Source: Marsupella aquatica (taxonomy: Eukaryota; Plantae; Marchantiophyta). From it: DNA of 64,000 nucleotides. Both the position numbers and the translations under genes were made by a program. The DNA lies in contig OZ316899.1 of NCBI GenBank assembly GCA_973895155.1, positions 11,872,834 through 11,936,833 on the forward strand. Direction: 5' to 3'. The first letter of the stretch is position 1; every line of letters begins with the position of its first letter. The notes under the pieces are model-generated. The model was not told the DNA's origin, searched no databases, and was given only the letters and a program-made list of their open reading frames with translations. This document shows, one piece after another, positions 38,101 through 52,700 of this stretch.

Positions 38101-41100
38101 CTACACCCAGTCCATCAACCAGGGATCCAACTACAAGTCAACCAAATGTACCAGAAGACAATGCAGAGATATCAATCAACTATGGAAGAACCGGACATGT
38201 ATGGGACAGAGAGCACACTACAATAGATGAACAATTTGCATTCCACATAGCACAGCAGATTGAAGACGAACTGCCTAACCCTCGAACAATCAAAGAAGCT
38301 GAGGTCCAACCTGACTGGCCTGAATGGGAACAGGCCATCCATTTAGAACTGGACTCATTAATAGCCCGCCAGGTATTTGGCCCAATCACAATAGCAGAAC
38401 CTGAAGTACATCTCACAGGGTATAAATGGACCCTCGTAAAGAAAAGAAATGTGAAAGGCGAGGTAACAAGACACAAGGCCAGACTGGTGGCCCGGGGATT
38501 CACTCAAGTCCCGGGCAGAGACTACGACCTCACATACTCGCCGGTAATGGATGTCATTACCTACAGGTACCTGATTACATTTTCACAACGCCACCACTTA
38601 TCCATGCATCAAATGGATATTGTGACAGCGTATTTATATGGACACTTAGACAAAGTTATATACATGGAGGCCCCTCCAAAATTGATGAAACGAGTCAAAT
38701 ACCACAACAAAGGGAAACAAATCGATAAAGCAGCAACTTGGAACCAGCCGGAAACATTTGAGCATACCAATTCAGCAATACTCCACAAGACTGCAACAAA
38801 GGTAGCCCTTAAAGTCCCTATATAGAATCAGAGAGACATCACCCGGAGAACTCGATTCGCAGTACAGGTGTTAAGATCACTGTATGGCCTTAAGCAAAGT
38901 GGCCTAACATGGTACAAACAATTTAAGGCCGAGATGCAGGCTATGGGATTTAAGAATGCAGACATAGCACCCTGCTTATTCCTGAAGCGGGAGACCAAGG
39001 AATTTATTATAGTAGCCATCTATGTGGACGATCTGAACCTGTTTGGAACTAAAAAGATTCTGATTGAAACTATTACACTATTGAAAAAGGCCTTCGAGAT
39101 GCGCGACCTAGGCCAGACTTCTTTCTGCCTAGGCCTGCAATTTGAGCACCTACACAATGGCATTTTATTGCATCAGTCCACGTACATCAAAAAGATTCTA
39201 AGGCAATTTAACATGGACAAAGCCACTACAGTCAGATCTCCCATGGACATCCGCTCACTTGATAAAGAAAAGGATGTCTTCCGGAAGAAAAGCAAGATGG
39301 AGCCACTACTTGGCCCAGAAAAGCCATACCTATCTGCTATAGGTGTCCTGATGTTCCTTTTGAACCAGACAAGGCGTGACATAGCCTTTGCAGTAAACCT
39401 ACTGGCACGCCATAGTGCCAAGCCGACTATTTGGCATTGGAATGGCATAAAGCGTATTTTCCGCTACCTAGCAGGTACCATAGATTTGGGACTATTTTAC
39501 CCATCAGATGCTAAATACTTACTCACTGGGTATGCTGATGCAGTTTACCTTTCAGACCCTGAGGATGCAAAGTCTTAGACTGGATAAGTTTTCTTGATGG
39601 GCAAGACAGCAATTTCATGGCGAAGTTGCAAGCAAACATTAACTACTACATCATCCAACCACTTCGAGATAATAGCTCTCTACGAATCAAGTAGGGAGTG
39701 TATCTGGCTACGCAACGTTATCAATCACATTCATGAGAATACAGGCATACCTACATTGTCAACACCGACGAAAGTTCACGAAGATAACAGAGCCTACGTT
39801 GAACAAATTCAAGCAGGCTTTATCAAGGGAGACAGAACCAAACACATTGCTCCTAAGTTCTTTTTCACGCATGAACAGCAAGGAAGTAGTATTCAAGTTA
39901 AATGGATACAAAGCTCACAGAACATTGCTGACATGTTTACAAAATCCCTACCTCCTGCATTGCATAAATAGCATGCAGTCTCAGTAGGTCTACGGACCTT
40001 AACTGAACTACAAAATTAAACACAATTATACTTACAGTGGAAGCGCTCAGTTTTTGCTCAGGGGGAGACCCAATCTATAGGCTACACCGCGAAGCTTGGA
40101 CCAGCTCAACTCGAACAGATCTCAAACAAAGATCACAACAGACATGCTTATGGCAATCAGGGAGAGATCCGAACCCTCAAACAAACAGCCATTCAAACCT
40201 CAAGAATAGTATTCTTTACAAAATTTTACCTTCGATAACAAAGGGAGAAATGCAACCCAGCTCACCACCAACTACTTTCCGGATCGATGCTGCTGACTCA
40301 CTTGAGAAGACAAACACCGAAGCCAGACTAATTTGAAGAATTGACAACATCAGGGGGAGCACTCAATCACTCGTTCAAAGATAGTAGCATTCTGGAGCGA
40401 AACGGTAGCTACGTCAACACGACGCAAAGAATGACTATAAGAGAGCCACAAAAATAAACGACAATGTCAGGGGGAGCAATACAAAACCTCATCTGTAAAA
40501 CAGCTAGGAACAAATCCCACTAGCTACAGTTTGCCACATCCACTTCCCGACACTTCAATCGCGCAGAAGAGAATCGATCAGAGAAGAATCCCCCGACATT
40601 AGCAAGAACGACCACCAACAATGCAGTTACAAACACCCCCAAGCAAAAATGACGATGCCCATTCCATGCGAGACAATCTTCATAGTGCAGCAGCCAACAC
40701 CAATTGCACGCCACTACCATCGCCAAGAATCACAGTGCAAGATATCCGCTCCTCCACGAATTACCAAGCGGGACCACAATGAGATTTTTAGGTCTTTACA
40801 AGTTACGATAACTTTACATCGTATAAGACTCTACTAACTTGATTACTCATAAATTAACCAAAATTATAAGGTTTTTAAGGATGGAATGGTAACACTCTTT
40901 CCCCCCAGCAAGAAAGGAGGGGGGGTTTAATGAGGTTACATTCCCCCCAACCAATAAACCTTAGAATAAACATTTCACAATTAGAGTAGGCTAGAAGTGG
41001 GTGCAACAATCCTCCCCGGAATCCTGTTACACCCAAGGGGGAGTGTTGTAACCTGAGTTAACTAGACCATAGATAAGGTTAACTAGGATTACGCCTACTC

Positions 41101-41205
41101 AGGTTAGGTCACACTAACTGCCTAATTAACCACCAGGCTATTGGAAAGCCTATATGTAAGGATATGGAAGAGAATGGAAATACAGTTGTTCAATCTATCA
41201 CAACA
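35196..41205 (+). mobile_element. Ty1/Copia, Bianca-like, element 2 (gag-deleted)
   Basis: TSD TCTAG (35191-35195, 41206-41210); LTRs 35196-35353 and 41044-41205 differing by one substitution and a 4-bp indel; PBS TGTTATCAGCAC; PPT AAGGGGGAG. Confidence 0.95.
35708..40018 (+). pseudogene. Bianca-like gag-pol of element 2
   Basis: CFRCGTKGH, CIVDSGTSH, WHRRLGHP, RVDNAGEF, IYVDD, RNase H; stops and a gag deletion near 35790. Confidence 0.9.
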
Positions 41206-44200
41206 TCTAGAAAACTGTACATTTCATGACCGGCGACCTGATCTAATATAGTGTCAATAAAAGGTGAGGGGTGAAAATCTTTTCTAGTGGCGGCATTTAA
41301 TTTCCTATAATCATGGCATACCCTAATCTTGACCTTCCCATCTGGTCCTGGCTTTTTGGGGACTATCACTATAGGGGACACCCATTCACTACTTAAGACA
41401 GGATAAATAAACCAGCTTCTAACAATTTATCTAATTCGGTTTTAACCATCAGAGAATACTTGGGGTTCAACCTATACTGATGCTGCCTAATGGGAATTGC
41501 TCCTTCAACCAAATCTATTCGATGTTCGCCTAGAGTGGTTGGGATACCTTTAAGGTCATGGTGACTCCAAGCAAACACATCCTTATATTCTTCCAATAAG
41601 ACCTTATACTCTTGCTTGGCCACATCATCTAATGCTCTTCCTACATTATTTTTTTATCAGGTTCTACTTCTAGCTTAACATATTGGGTCTTTTTGACCAT
41701 ACCTTCAGTCATACTAGCAGTCTCCTCAAAATAGGCCGTACTCTTTCCTAGTGCTACCTCCCCTTCCTTAGGTTTCTGTAATTGCTATTCTTCCCATCCG
41801 ATTCTTGCATCTCTTCAATCGGTTTAGGTTCTAGAAGAGGTGAAAGAATCGCTTTGGGTGTAAAAATTGGTCTAGGTGCAAGAACTAATTTAAATGTGGG
41901 GAAGGAATTCCCTGACGTTTGTGAAGCGTTTGTCTCTTGGACTTGCCTGACCTCCGCATCTTCAAGTGTTGAATACGTATAGACCTCGAGGTATCGGACG
42001 TCCATGTCAAAGTTGAAATCTGCTTCTTTGAGCGTCATCATCTCGTCAACCCACCTTGACTCTACTGTAGAGGTGCTGTCATCCGAGGTGTATCCTGGAT
42101 CTGAGGACATAGTCTCCCCCAAGTGCTGCACCTTATCCCAAGACAATGTGACTTGAGGATGACCAAAGGAAAAAGTTTTATTAGCCCAATTCACTTTGAC
42201 TTTGGCTTTATAAAGCCATGGTCTACCTAAAAGGATAGGAAATGTAGATGGGGTAGGAGGGTCAATAATTAAAAAGTTTAATACAAAAGGTAGCCCCCCA
42301 ATAATAACTTCTATGTTTCCTAATTTGCCTAAAGGAAAAACTCTAGATTGGTCTGCCATTCTCAAGACCCGAGGTGTTGCCTCAAACTTACTAAAACCTA
42401 ATGATCGTGCTGTTTGCGCTATCATTATATTAACTCCAGATCCCCCATCTATAGGTACGCTTCTAACCAGGCATCCATCAATTTGCAATTCCACATCAGG
42501 GGCTCCAAAATCCTCTATCTCGGTAAAATTCATAGAGACAGGGGGCATTTTATACTTCCTAGCCTACTACTTAATAGAGGTTTAAGTTGCTTCCTATACA
42601 AAGCATTATCCCTCAACAATTCTCCAAAGGTTACATTAGCATGAGTGCTAGCCACATCTTTAACTATATTGTATCCTAACTTCTCATCTACTTTAACACC
42701 CTCAAATTTTGATCCATCCTGAAAAGTTACTTGTTTAGCCGGCATCCGATCCTTAGATATCTGATTCTTAACTTCTTTTTCAATATATTCTTGAGCTTCT
42801 GAAGAAATGTCCCGAATAAAATACTTAGGATCGTACCTGTCGTATGTTGGGTCCAATTCCTTAGGGAGTCCCTCCTCCAGGTGGTGGTTCACTCGCTTTA
42901 GTCCTCTTAGTATCTTTTCTGGGTAAAGCAATTGGTGAATCTGAAGAATCGCTTTTGGGGAAGGCGCTTGGTGACTCAGAAGATTTTCTTCGTGAATTCT
43001 CGAGCAACTCTTTTCTCTTGGCACTTCGAGTTGTGGTCCGATATATTGGTACCGGTTCTTCAAAATTCACCTCCTCCTTTGCAATGAGATGGGTATCTTC
43101 CAGGAATATCATCCGAACTTCAGCAGTTTCTTTCTTTTCCGGATCCTTAACATACTTCACCATCAACTTTGGCTGCACTGGTTTGGGGCATTCAATTGGA
43201 AGGTGACCTTCCTCTCCACAATTGCCGCAGATAGGAGTATATGCATAAGGGGCTTTTGGATAAGGGCACTCTGGTGCATAGTGTCCCGCTACTCCACAAT
43301 TGTAACAGGTCCCTGGAACTCTTTGTGTACGGGATGGATATCCTCCAGGTGGTTCCATTGGAGGTTTAACAGGAGGCCTCACTGTCATTGGCCTAGACAC
43401 CATGTTTCCACCCATACCTCGACCCATTGGTGGTCTAGAGGGTCCCTTGGTCTTCTCAGAGGTGGGGGATTATTGACCATGTACCAGTCGATATCTTCTT
43501 GTTCTTATGCATAGTAGGCTTGCTCATCCCATTCTTCAGCAATGTACTGGGCTTGTCTTCCCATGTGTGGGCACTCGATTGGGTAGTGGCCTCTTTCCCC
43601 ACATCTAGCACACCAAACATTTGGTCAATTTACCGGAACGGGTCTCCTCTTGGGGCAATTGTCCGCCAAATTGACAGAAAGCTTATCAAATTTACCGCTC
43701 AGCTCATCAATCGTCTTCTTCACTCCTGTGAGAGACTTGAGTGCATTGTTAGTAGGCTGATATACCTTCCCTCTATCTTTTCGATGGCGAGTGGACTCAT
43801 CCTCAGAAGAGGACAATGAAGAAGATGAAGAAGTTGAAGAGGAAGAACTAGATGATGACGATGAGGAAGACGTAGAAGAACTAATTTCCTTCTTTTTATC
43901 TCTGGACCTTTTCTTCCTCTGTTTTCTTTTCTCCCTTTCTTTTTCTTTCTTCTCCTCAATTTTTAATTCTTTTCTCTGAGACATTTCAGTATCCTTGAAC
44001 TCTTATGCCGCTTCGATAGCTTCTCCTAAATTGCTGGGGTGTGATCTTCTAACATATCTATTCATCTCTCTAGGAAATCCTCCTGTGAAATACTTGGTTT
44101 GCATTTCATCCCTAGGCAAAGGTCTAATCTGAAGAATTAATTTTCCTAACGTTCTGAGAATAAGTTTTCAATGTGTCTTTCTTTCTCATGCGGATTCTTC

Positions 44201-45616
44201 TTAATCTAGCTAACACTCTAGAAGTTGCTCCAACTTCTCTAAATTCTTTCCTAAACTACCTTGGACGGCTGGGGTAAGGGATAGTGTACCATTTGTGTGC
44301 TTCATTTTTCATGAGCCCTTCGAAATCCGTAAGAGATCTGGATCCAAATTTTCCTTATTGGTTTTGGCGGTCGACAGAAATTTGCCCAGCCAATCATCTA
44401 GATCTTGGCCTCTTCCTTTGAAAACCATATATTTCAGTCTTGTCGAGGATGTCATGATGGAAGGTTGATGGACAATAGAGGATCCAGAAGACAATGGAAC
44501 AAAAGATTTTCTTCCTACTTTGATTGGTGCAAGTAAAGATCTTTTAGAGTTTAAGCTTCCTAAAATTTGTATAGCGCTTTCCCCCTCATGATCACCTTGA
44601 GTCACCAACCCTTCTAAATGTTGAACCTTTTTGGCAACAGTAGGCGATTCTGGTAAAACCAATTGTTCCCTCTCTGCAAAATTACTAGGATTATCTGAAT
44701 TATTTATATCCTCCTCAATCCATCTCTGACTCTTATGTCTTGTAAGATCAACATATGGAACTGGCTTAGTTGGTGTGATCCTGGGCTTACCTCTATCACT
44801 TGAGGTTGATCTTGACCTTCCGCCTGAAGATCCCTCTTCTGGTGGGGTCAATTTCTTTTGTTCCCGATTATAGTATCTCTTTCCTTGTTCCAAAGGGTTA
44901 GTACTATCTCTACTCATGAAATCTCAACATCCTAACTAAAGATTCTTGCCATTTTCCAAAAATCTACAGATAACCCAACAATATTTCTCCCCAAACGGAT
45001 TTATTCTAGGGAGTAAGGAAAAGGAAAATCAACAAAACAAAAACATAGGAACCGATTGAACAAATTATTACCAATTTCTCTAAATTAACCTGGCTTGGGA
45101 TCACTTCATCTTTGTAGTTTACTTAAATAATTAAAATTGACCAAGATTTACTGACGACACTTTACTTACATTAAAACCAACAAATCAATTCAATTTAAAA
45201 GTGATGACAAAATTCTTGTGTTATCAGTTCCTTTTATTTTCCTAACCGATACGTTAGACCTCTTCCCTTCAATTTCCGCTTTCATTGTCTCCCTTTTCGC
45301 CTTTTCTCTTAATAATTTAACTAAGGCAGCAGGGGCGTTGTCTATTGAAAAGGGCTTTACTTGAAATGTAAAAGAGGAATCAAACTGCATTGAATCTCCC
45401 ATATTTACAAAGTCAATTCAATTCAAATGTTGAGCCGATCTTCTCACCAGTGCATCTTCTTCTCGTCCAAATTGAATTTCTCAATTGGATTTGTAAAATC
45501 AATTTCTCCTATTGAGATTGATCGTTTGTCTGCTTCAATCTCCTTTTGGCCAATTCACTTGGCTTCCTTCATAACTTGCTTTTGGTTTATTCCCCGACAG
45601 CGCGCCAAAAAGAATA

Positions 45617-46744
45617 TGTGGTAAGTGGAAACAACCCAAATGTGTGTAATTTGTCCTTAAATACCAAGGTTTGGTCCCGTAAAGAATAAGTGAAACAAAT
45701 TATGCAGGTGTTTATGTACTTTGAAATTGCAAAGCAATTTCTTCACTATTTTCTTGTATATACAATTCTACAACGACATTTCAATAGATTTCAATAGATC
45801 AATAAATTTATAAGTGTTTACTTCTTATCAATAGGTAATCTGATTTTCATTCATTATCGACTTCCATATACTCAACAGAGATCGGTTTTACGTCGAATAA
45901 CTCACTACAATTCTCTTTTCCCTAGATCTCAAAGTTTTCTTTTACAAATTCATGATTCTTATGATATTTATCCATGAACTTGAGACAAATGTTATAATTC
46001 CAATGCAAAAGTGTGGTACAATTCCTCTTGGTTTAATCTTCCCTCCTAAGCCCAAAACTGGCATGAGAGAAAGACCCAAAACTGGTCAAAGATTAACATT
46101 CCAAGGAAAAGAACAACCAAAAATGGTCTTAGGAGTCCAATTGTAGGCTCCCTCAAAAGCTTGAGATGCCAAAAGGTTTAAAAGTCTACAAACCTTTTCT
46201 TATCTAAATTTAAAATCCTAAAAGGTGAGATGAAACTAAGACTCTCTAAATCTAATTCCTAAGGGTGTAATAAACTATGTCCCTCTATATCCTACTCTAA
46301 CTAATTACTGGAAAAGTTCAAGAGGTGTAAAACAGATGTGAAATGGTTTAAGAAACAAGTGCCAGAATATCTCAGAGAATCAATTTGAGACATTTTGAAG
46401 TATGTATTTTGGGTTCAAACTAATATTTTCCTTGTAGCCCTTGGAAATACCTTTCCACAAAGCCTTAAAACTCCTCAAACCAACACTGAGTCAATCCACA
46501 ATTGTCCGCCAAAGTTGCTGCAGCAACTCCAAACCGATTCTTCTACCAAAGCGATTTTCTTCGTATGTTTTCCAAGGCGATTCTTTTGTCAGAAACTTCA
46601 ACTTCTCCACTTTCCTCCAAAACTTCCTTTAAGGGCTTAAAATGAATTAAGGGGTGGTTTGTTGACTTGGAGAAGCTTCAACTAAAGTCAAAAAGTTTTA
46701 AAATGTACCATTTTCACTCCAATGCTCCTTTTTGCCATTCCACA
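45617..46744 (-). repeat. 5' LTR of Athila-like Gypsy (1128 bp)
   Basis: Carries an extra tandem ATTTCAATAG at 45778-45797. Confidence 0.95.
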
Positions 46745-49350
46745 TGTCTGGCATGCTTGCTAGATCCGCAAGAGTTTGACTTGGAGCGGCCATCCCGCTG
46801 CCTTCTGAGCTGGTCGGTGTCTTGCTTGAGGAGCTGGACTTGGTCCAGCAGAGATTCATTCTCTCGCTTTGCCACGTCCGTCTCCTCCACGGCTTCCTGA
46901 CATGCCTCTTCCAATTGCTGGGCGTCGCTCGTCAGCTTGTCCACCAACTGGGCCTGCTTTGTGGCTTCTCCTTGAAGCCGTGCCACTTCCGCCTTCAGGG
47001 AGTCTATCTTGGTTGTGTCTCGTTGGGCCCCAACGTTGGCCTCCTCCACATCCTTTTTCCAGATGACGGCTTGTCCCTTCAAACTGTCAATCTGGGTTTG
47101 GAGCCGTGCAATCTTGGCGTCCTTCTCGGCTCCAGCCTGCTCTGCCAAGGCTGCTCGGGCCCTAGCTTTGGCCACCTGATCTTCAATGGCCGCTACCTAA
47201 GGCCGTAGCAGTTGGAGTTCGGTCTCCCGGACTGCAACTTTGTCTTTCAGGTGGGCAGACTCAACCCGATACCGCTCTATTCTCTATGTAGCCTTAGCTT
47301 GCGCATGTCCTGCTCGCACGGCTGCAACCAATTCCTAGTTGAAGAAGTAGGCCATCTTTTGTGACATGTACTCCTCGGTATCCCGTGCAATTTGTTGAGA
47401 GAAGTCTCCCAGCAACCCATTCAAAACATGCTCGGTGCAAAGAGTTCCGGGCATTCCAGACTATGCCCATCCGGGTTTGGGCAAGGACAGACCTCAGCTC
47501 TCGCGGGAGTTGGAGTGGTGACATCCAGCCCTTGAAGTATGACGGTAGAGGGGGCTGGGTTTGCTTGGACAGGGCGGTTCTCTTGAACAGCCGTGGAGGG
47601 TGGCGGGACGTCCTCTGCAACTGCAGTCTCGGGCTCGGGTCTGGCCTCTGCCAGCCCAGCTTCAATCGCGCTGACTTGGTTGATCGCGTCCGGGTCGCGA
47701 TCAACTGCATCGTCCGGTACATTTGGAGGGGCGGCAGCGGCTGGTTGCGGGACCGGGGTAGTATGTCTCATGGCCGCCAGACTTTGGGCCTTGGGCTGAG
47801 GTTGCCTCTCCTGGGCTGGGAATACCCATCGCAATGGCGTCAGCTCGGGCTTGTTGATACAAGGGAGGCTTCGGCGGTCAAAATGGGCATACCACTCGAT
47901 GATGATTTTGATGTGGCTGGCAAAGTACGCCTTCCTGCCGAGGTACAAAGTTTTTCTTCTCCGCTCCATCTCCTCTTGGAACTTCTTGGCGAAGGACGCC
48001 CACTTCCTAGGCCGGTAGTTCTCAACCTGGATGACCTGGGTGGCAGATATTTTGCCCCTCGGTTCCATCACGTGGAGGGCGTACCGCTGGAACTCCAACC
48101 GTTTGGCTACTTCCAAGATGAGGCATGTCCTCATCAAGAATCCACTGTCCTTTTCTCCCTTGGCCGGGAAGCTAGAGGACTGATACTTGGCTCCTTGGCC
48201 CCCGAGAGCCCGTGATTCCACCCAATTTATTCCTTTGGGTAGGCCAAAGATCATCTTAAGACGTGCCTCATTGAGGGACATCATTCTCCCGTGTGCTTGG
48301 GTTTGTTGGCGGTCTTCATCAAAGTTCTGGATGAACTCCGTCATGTCCTGCCCGTAATACCTGCTTCCATTCCAAGGGAGAGAGGCAAGGTGCTCAAACC
48401 CTTGGGTCTTCGGGTAGTATGCATGCTTGGGGTGGAGGATGTTCTTGTGGACATTCTCCCCCATGCGATGCATGGTCAGCTTGGCCATTGCAACCGTGGC
48501 CAAAGGTAGCCCGAATACGGTTGTGGGTTCCTTTCTCTTCCTACCCCAAGACTGGTTCTCGGGGTGACTTGAAGAGGGGGACATCTCCCCATCCTCTCTA
48601 TCGGGCGGCGGCAGCGCTACCGCCGTAAGCACTAGCGCTAGGGCTGCTACTGTCAACGTGTTATCCACTCGGGCTTTTGTGAGTGGTGCTGGGTTGCCCG
48701 ACGCATGTTGATTTGCACCTCAAGGTCGCCGGTTCAGGGGAGGGTGAGCTTCCTCATCTTTGGAACTGATGTTCATCGCGTTTACCATGGATTGCACCCA
48801 AAGGGGTGGTGCGACTGGTGGTGGAGATTGGTTTGGCTGAGGCTGAGGTGGTGTTGGTGCGGGCACCAATGAGTTGGCAACGGTTGTAGCTGGAAGAGGC
48901 GCCATATGATTCAGCAAGTCTGAGGGGAAGCCGAGTGAGGTTAGGATAGATGTCTCGCCCGTAGCTGCAGTACCAAACTGGTAGTCTACGGAAGCCTGGA
49001 CTTTGGCGGGGATATGATTGAAGTGGTTTTGTTGTAAGTTGATCGTGCCCGGGAGTGTGAAGACCTTATCCAAAAGCCAAAGGAGTGCTTCCTGGAAACC
49101 GACGTACTTTGGGCCGTCAAAGAAGTATTTGGAGATCTCGTTGGCACAACAGAGCTCGCTCTGGAATGGGAGGCTAAAATCTCCGTTATAGTGAGAGCGC
49201 CCGGCTAGGTGGATGAGTCATTTGTACTGCCTTTTGGTTTTGTAGCGGCGCGGGTTGACCTTGGCTAGCGACTTTGCTAAATAATTTCCGATGGATAGAA
49301 ATTGAAGCCACAACCAAAGGGCAAAACTGGACATAATCGTGATAGACATA
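46745..49350 (-). pseudogene. Accessory ORF(s): plant-transposon/env-like domain plus coiled coil
   Basis: ORFs 48720-49073, 47421-48668 and 46714-47175. The true stop (..ARH*) lies across the Gypsy insertion at ~28285, matching the homolog ending at 63308. TATA-like TATAAAAGG on minus strand near 49449-49457. Confidence 0.55.
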
Positions 49351-49702
49351 CGGGGAATGGCGGTGGATGATTGAGAAGCAAATGAGTAAGCTAGGATCAA
49401 AGTTGGCCCGAAGGGTGAAGTGGTGGTGCTTCAGGAGAGAATGGCCCGCCTTTTATACCCCGAGGGCTCGTCGGCCGAACGGTCCCTTCCTCCTTTTGGT
49501 ACGCCGATCCTTTCATGCTTGCAGTGCACCGGCCACTCTGCAGGTCTAGGTTAGAGCGTGTCAGCAAGCTGCCCCCTTGATTTGTTATATGGACCCGAGG
49601 GGGCATCCCTACACGCTTGTGACCCGGGGTACGAATGGTGCTCCGCCACCAGCCCGAGCGTAAATGCTCCTTATTGACTAATGATGTCCTACTCGTGGTT
49701 AC

Positions 49703-52700
49703 TGTTAGAATATATTTAACCCTTAGCCCATATGATACAAAGAGGTATGCAATACCTAGATATAAAGAGACACAAGACTAGGAAAGGGTAGTTACAACTA
49801 CCCCAATGTACAACATATAATAAGCCACATTGGCTTAAGGGAATAATCAATCATCTTTGTTGGTGTATATACATTTCATAACTTAACACGTTATCAGCAC
49901 ATGATTTTGCTCCTCCAACAACTCTCGAGCTACTCATAGGCCTCTTGTGAATTTCTTTTTTTTCTGTGAACGAAGCATCGAACAAAATTCCCCAAGACAC
50001 ATTTTTTCTTTTCTTTCGCCAAGTACACCACACAAATTTTCATCGACTATGACTACATTGGAGAAGCTCCAATTCCCATTGCTCACAACAGATGGCGACA
50101 ATTATTTATCTTGGGCACAGAATACAGAAATTGTTCTCAACATGAAAGGCCTCGGCGACATTATCTTAGCAGATATCAATGGCACATTACAACAAAAGGC
50201 TCAGGCACTATATATCATTCGCCATCACCTCGCTGCCGAACTACAACTTGAATACCTTACAGAGTTTAATCCTCGAGTCCTATGGGACGCTCTCAAATTG
50301 AGATTCGACCATTTGCGTCTAATTTCCCTACCAGCTGCACGAAATGAATGGATTCATTTACGAGTTCTAGACTACCCTACAATTGCGAAATTCAATAGCG
50401 CCTTATTTCGGATAACTGCTCAGCTAGCAGCCTGCGGCGAACCAATCGATGAAGCAGCAAAGATCGAAAAGACTCTTTCTACATTCTCGGCAGTGAACAT
50501 GCAGTTATCACAGATTTATAGACAACGCCATTTCACCCAATTCTCAGATTTGATTGCAGTCATGCTCCTGGCTGAAAAGAATGACCTCCTCCTTCTGAGG
50601 AACTCTCGCGAGCGACCACCAGGCACGCTTCCTAAACCGGAAATACAATTCACGAATACCAATAGAGGTAATTCCTCTTACAATCGACCTCGTGGCCAAT
50701 TCAAAGGCAATCCAAGTCGTTTTAATCAATTCCACAAGAGACAACATTTTCGCACAGACAAAGGCAAAAACTTCAAGCCTCTCATGAATTCTTGGTATCG
50801 TAACCCCAACCATATGCCAAATAAACCTGCACAGAATTACCCCACAAATAATCAGCCCAAGTGTTTCCGTTGCGGTGGGATAGGGCATATCCAAAAGAAT
50901 TGTAGAATTCAAGCTCACCTAGTCAAACTATACCAGGCCTCCCTCAAAACATCCAACACCTTAACAGCCGCACATCACTTGGAGATTGATGACGATCTCT
51001 CCAAATATACGCTTGCACCTCCCCCACCAGAGGTCCATATAATATCACATGGAGTAAATGACACATCTCTCGCCGGTGCTGATATTTGCATTCTTGACAG
51101 CGGCACTTCTCACTCCATCCTAAAAGACAAATGTTATTTCCAGCACATATACCCATCAAATAGACCTGTGACTACTATCACAGGTATAAACCAATTAGAG
51201 GAAGGCCATGGACCTGCCCAACTTACCCTTCCTCAAGGCACAACCATTAAAATTGCATCTGCCATATATGCCCCACTCGCGACACGAAACTTACTAAGTT
51301 TCCATGATGTCCGTCAAAACAATCTCCACATACGCTTTGCACCCAACAACCACAGAAACTCTCTACAGATTTTTCGAGAAATTGATAATGGCCCCATCAC
51401 AGTACTAGAGACATTACTACTCCATCCCCCCGGCGTTTATGCCACTAAGATCATGTCTTACAATTCCCAACGACAACAATTATCCCCAACAGAATTATGG
51501 CATATCCGCCTAGGCCACCCAGGCCCAGGGATGTACCATAAAATTATGAAGAACACCATTGGCATACCAAAAGGAGTACACCCATCCACGAAGTTAGACA
51601 CTTGCATCCCCTGTGCACAAGGCAAATTTATCACTCATCTAGCTTCCACTAAGAACACCTATCAAATCCCTGACTTCCTCTCACAGATCAATGTGGACGT
51701 CTGCGGACCTATTGATCCACCGAGTGGACCATTTAGGTTTTTCCTAGTAATGATCTGCTCCTCAACCAAATGGTCCTCTGTTTCTTTAATTTCCACCAGA
51801 AACCTTGTCTTTGCCAGACTGCTAACACAGCTTATACATCTTCGCACTCAATTCCCTGACTCTCCTACCAAAATAATTCGAATTGATAATGCTGGCGAAT
51901 TTACATCACCAGCATTCGATGACTTCTGTCAAGTCCTGGGCATCACAATTCAATACTCAGTACCATATGTACATTTCCAGAATGGTACTGCAGAGGCATT
52001 AATAAAACATTTACAGATGATCTCAAGACCTATGCTATTACAGACACAACTCCCACTTACAGCCTGGGGACATGCTATACTCCATGGCGCTGCACTAGTG
52101 CGATATAGACCATCGGCTTTTAATATTTACACACCACACCAACTAGCATATGGCTCTATACCAGATATTACACACCTGAAAGTGTTTGGCTGCCTTGTTC
52201 TGGTACCCATTCTTGGTCCCAAGCACACCAAGATGGGACCACAGCGTCGACGTGGCATCTATATTGGCTACGACTCTCCCTCGATAATAAGGTATCTCGA
52301 ACCCACCACTGCTGATGTGTTTCGAGCTCGATACCAGGACTGTAAATTCTGTGAAGACACCTTCCCAACACTTCTAACTCCAACACAACTCTCCAAACAG
52401 CCTGTCTCAACACACACATTAGACTGGACAACAAAGGATCCATTCTGGAATGATCCTCGTACTCAATTGACAAACGATGAAGTGAAACGCATTCTGAACC
52501 TCCATCAAATTATGGAGAAAATACCTGACGCATTTAATGATGCTACAAATGTAACAAAATCACATATAGATGCAGCCAATACTCCTGCGAGAATTCATAT
52601 ACCAGATACTCGAGCCACAGACCTCGCTCCCAAGGCTAAGCGAGGCAGACCTTCAGGTTCCAAAGACTCTAGACCACGGCAGAAGACACCTGTATCAACA

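Larger units (their letters stand above)
32965..44460 (-). pseudogene. Gypsy gag-pol, split in RT by Bianca-like element 2
   Basis: Two CCHC knuckles (42861-43427), protease IDGGSGVNI, RT YSFLD|GFSGYNQ split at 41210/35190, MPFGLCNAP, FIDD, RNase H YSTTEREAL, integrase WGIDFVGP/SDRG/NGLTER, GPY. Confidence 0.93.
28293..46744 (-). mobile_element. Full-length Ty3/Gypsy, non-chromovirus Athila-like, with a 3' extra ORF
   Basis: TSD TGTCT (28288-28292, 46745-46749); LTRs 28293-29410 and 45617-46744; PBS TGGCGCGCTGTCGGGG on minus strand (45592-45607); PPT at 29412-29423; order gag-PR-RT-RH-IN; no chromodomain. Confidence 0.95.

Noticed and set aside
47361-48215. 284-aa plus-strand ORF (also 56258-57166 minus and 20910-21542 plus)
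   Set aside because: Antisense shadows of the real coding strand.
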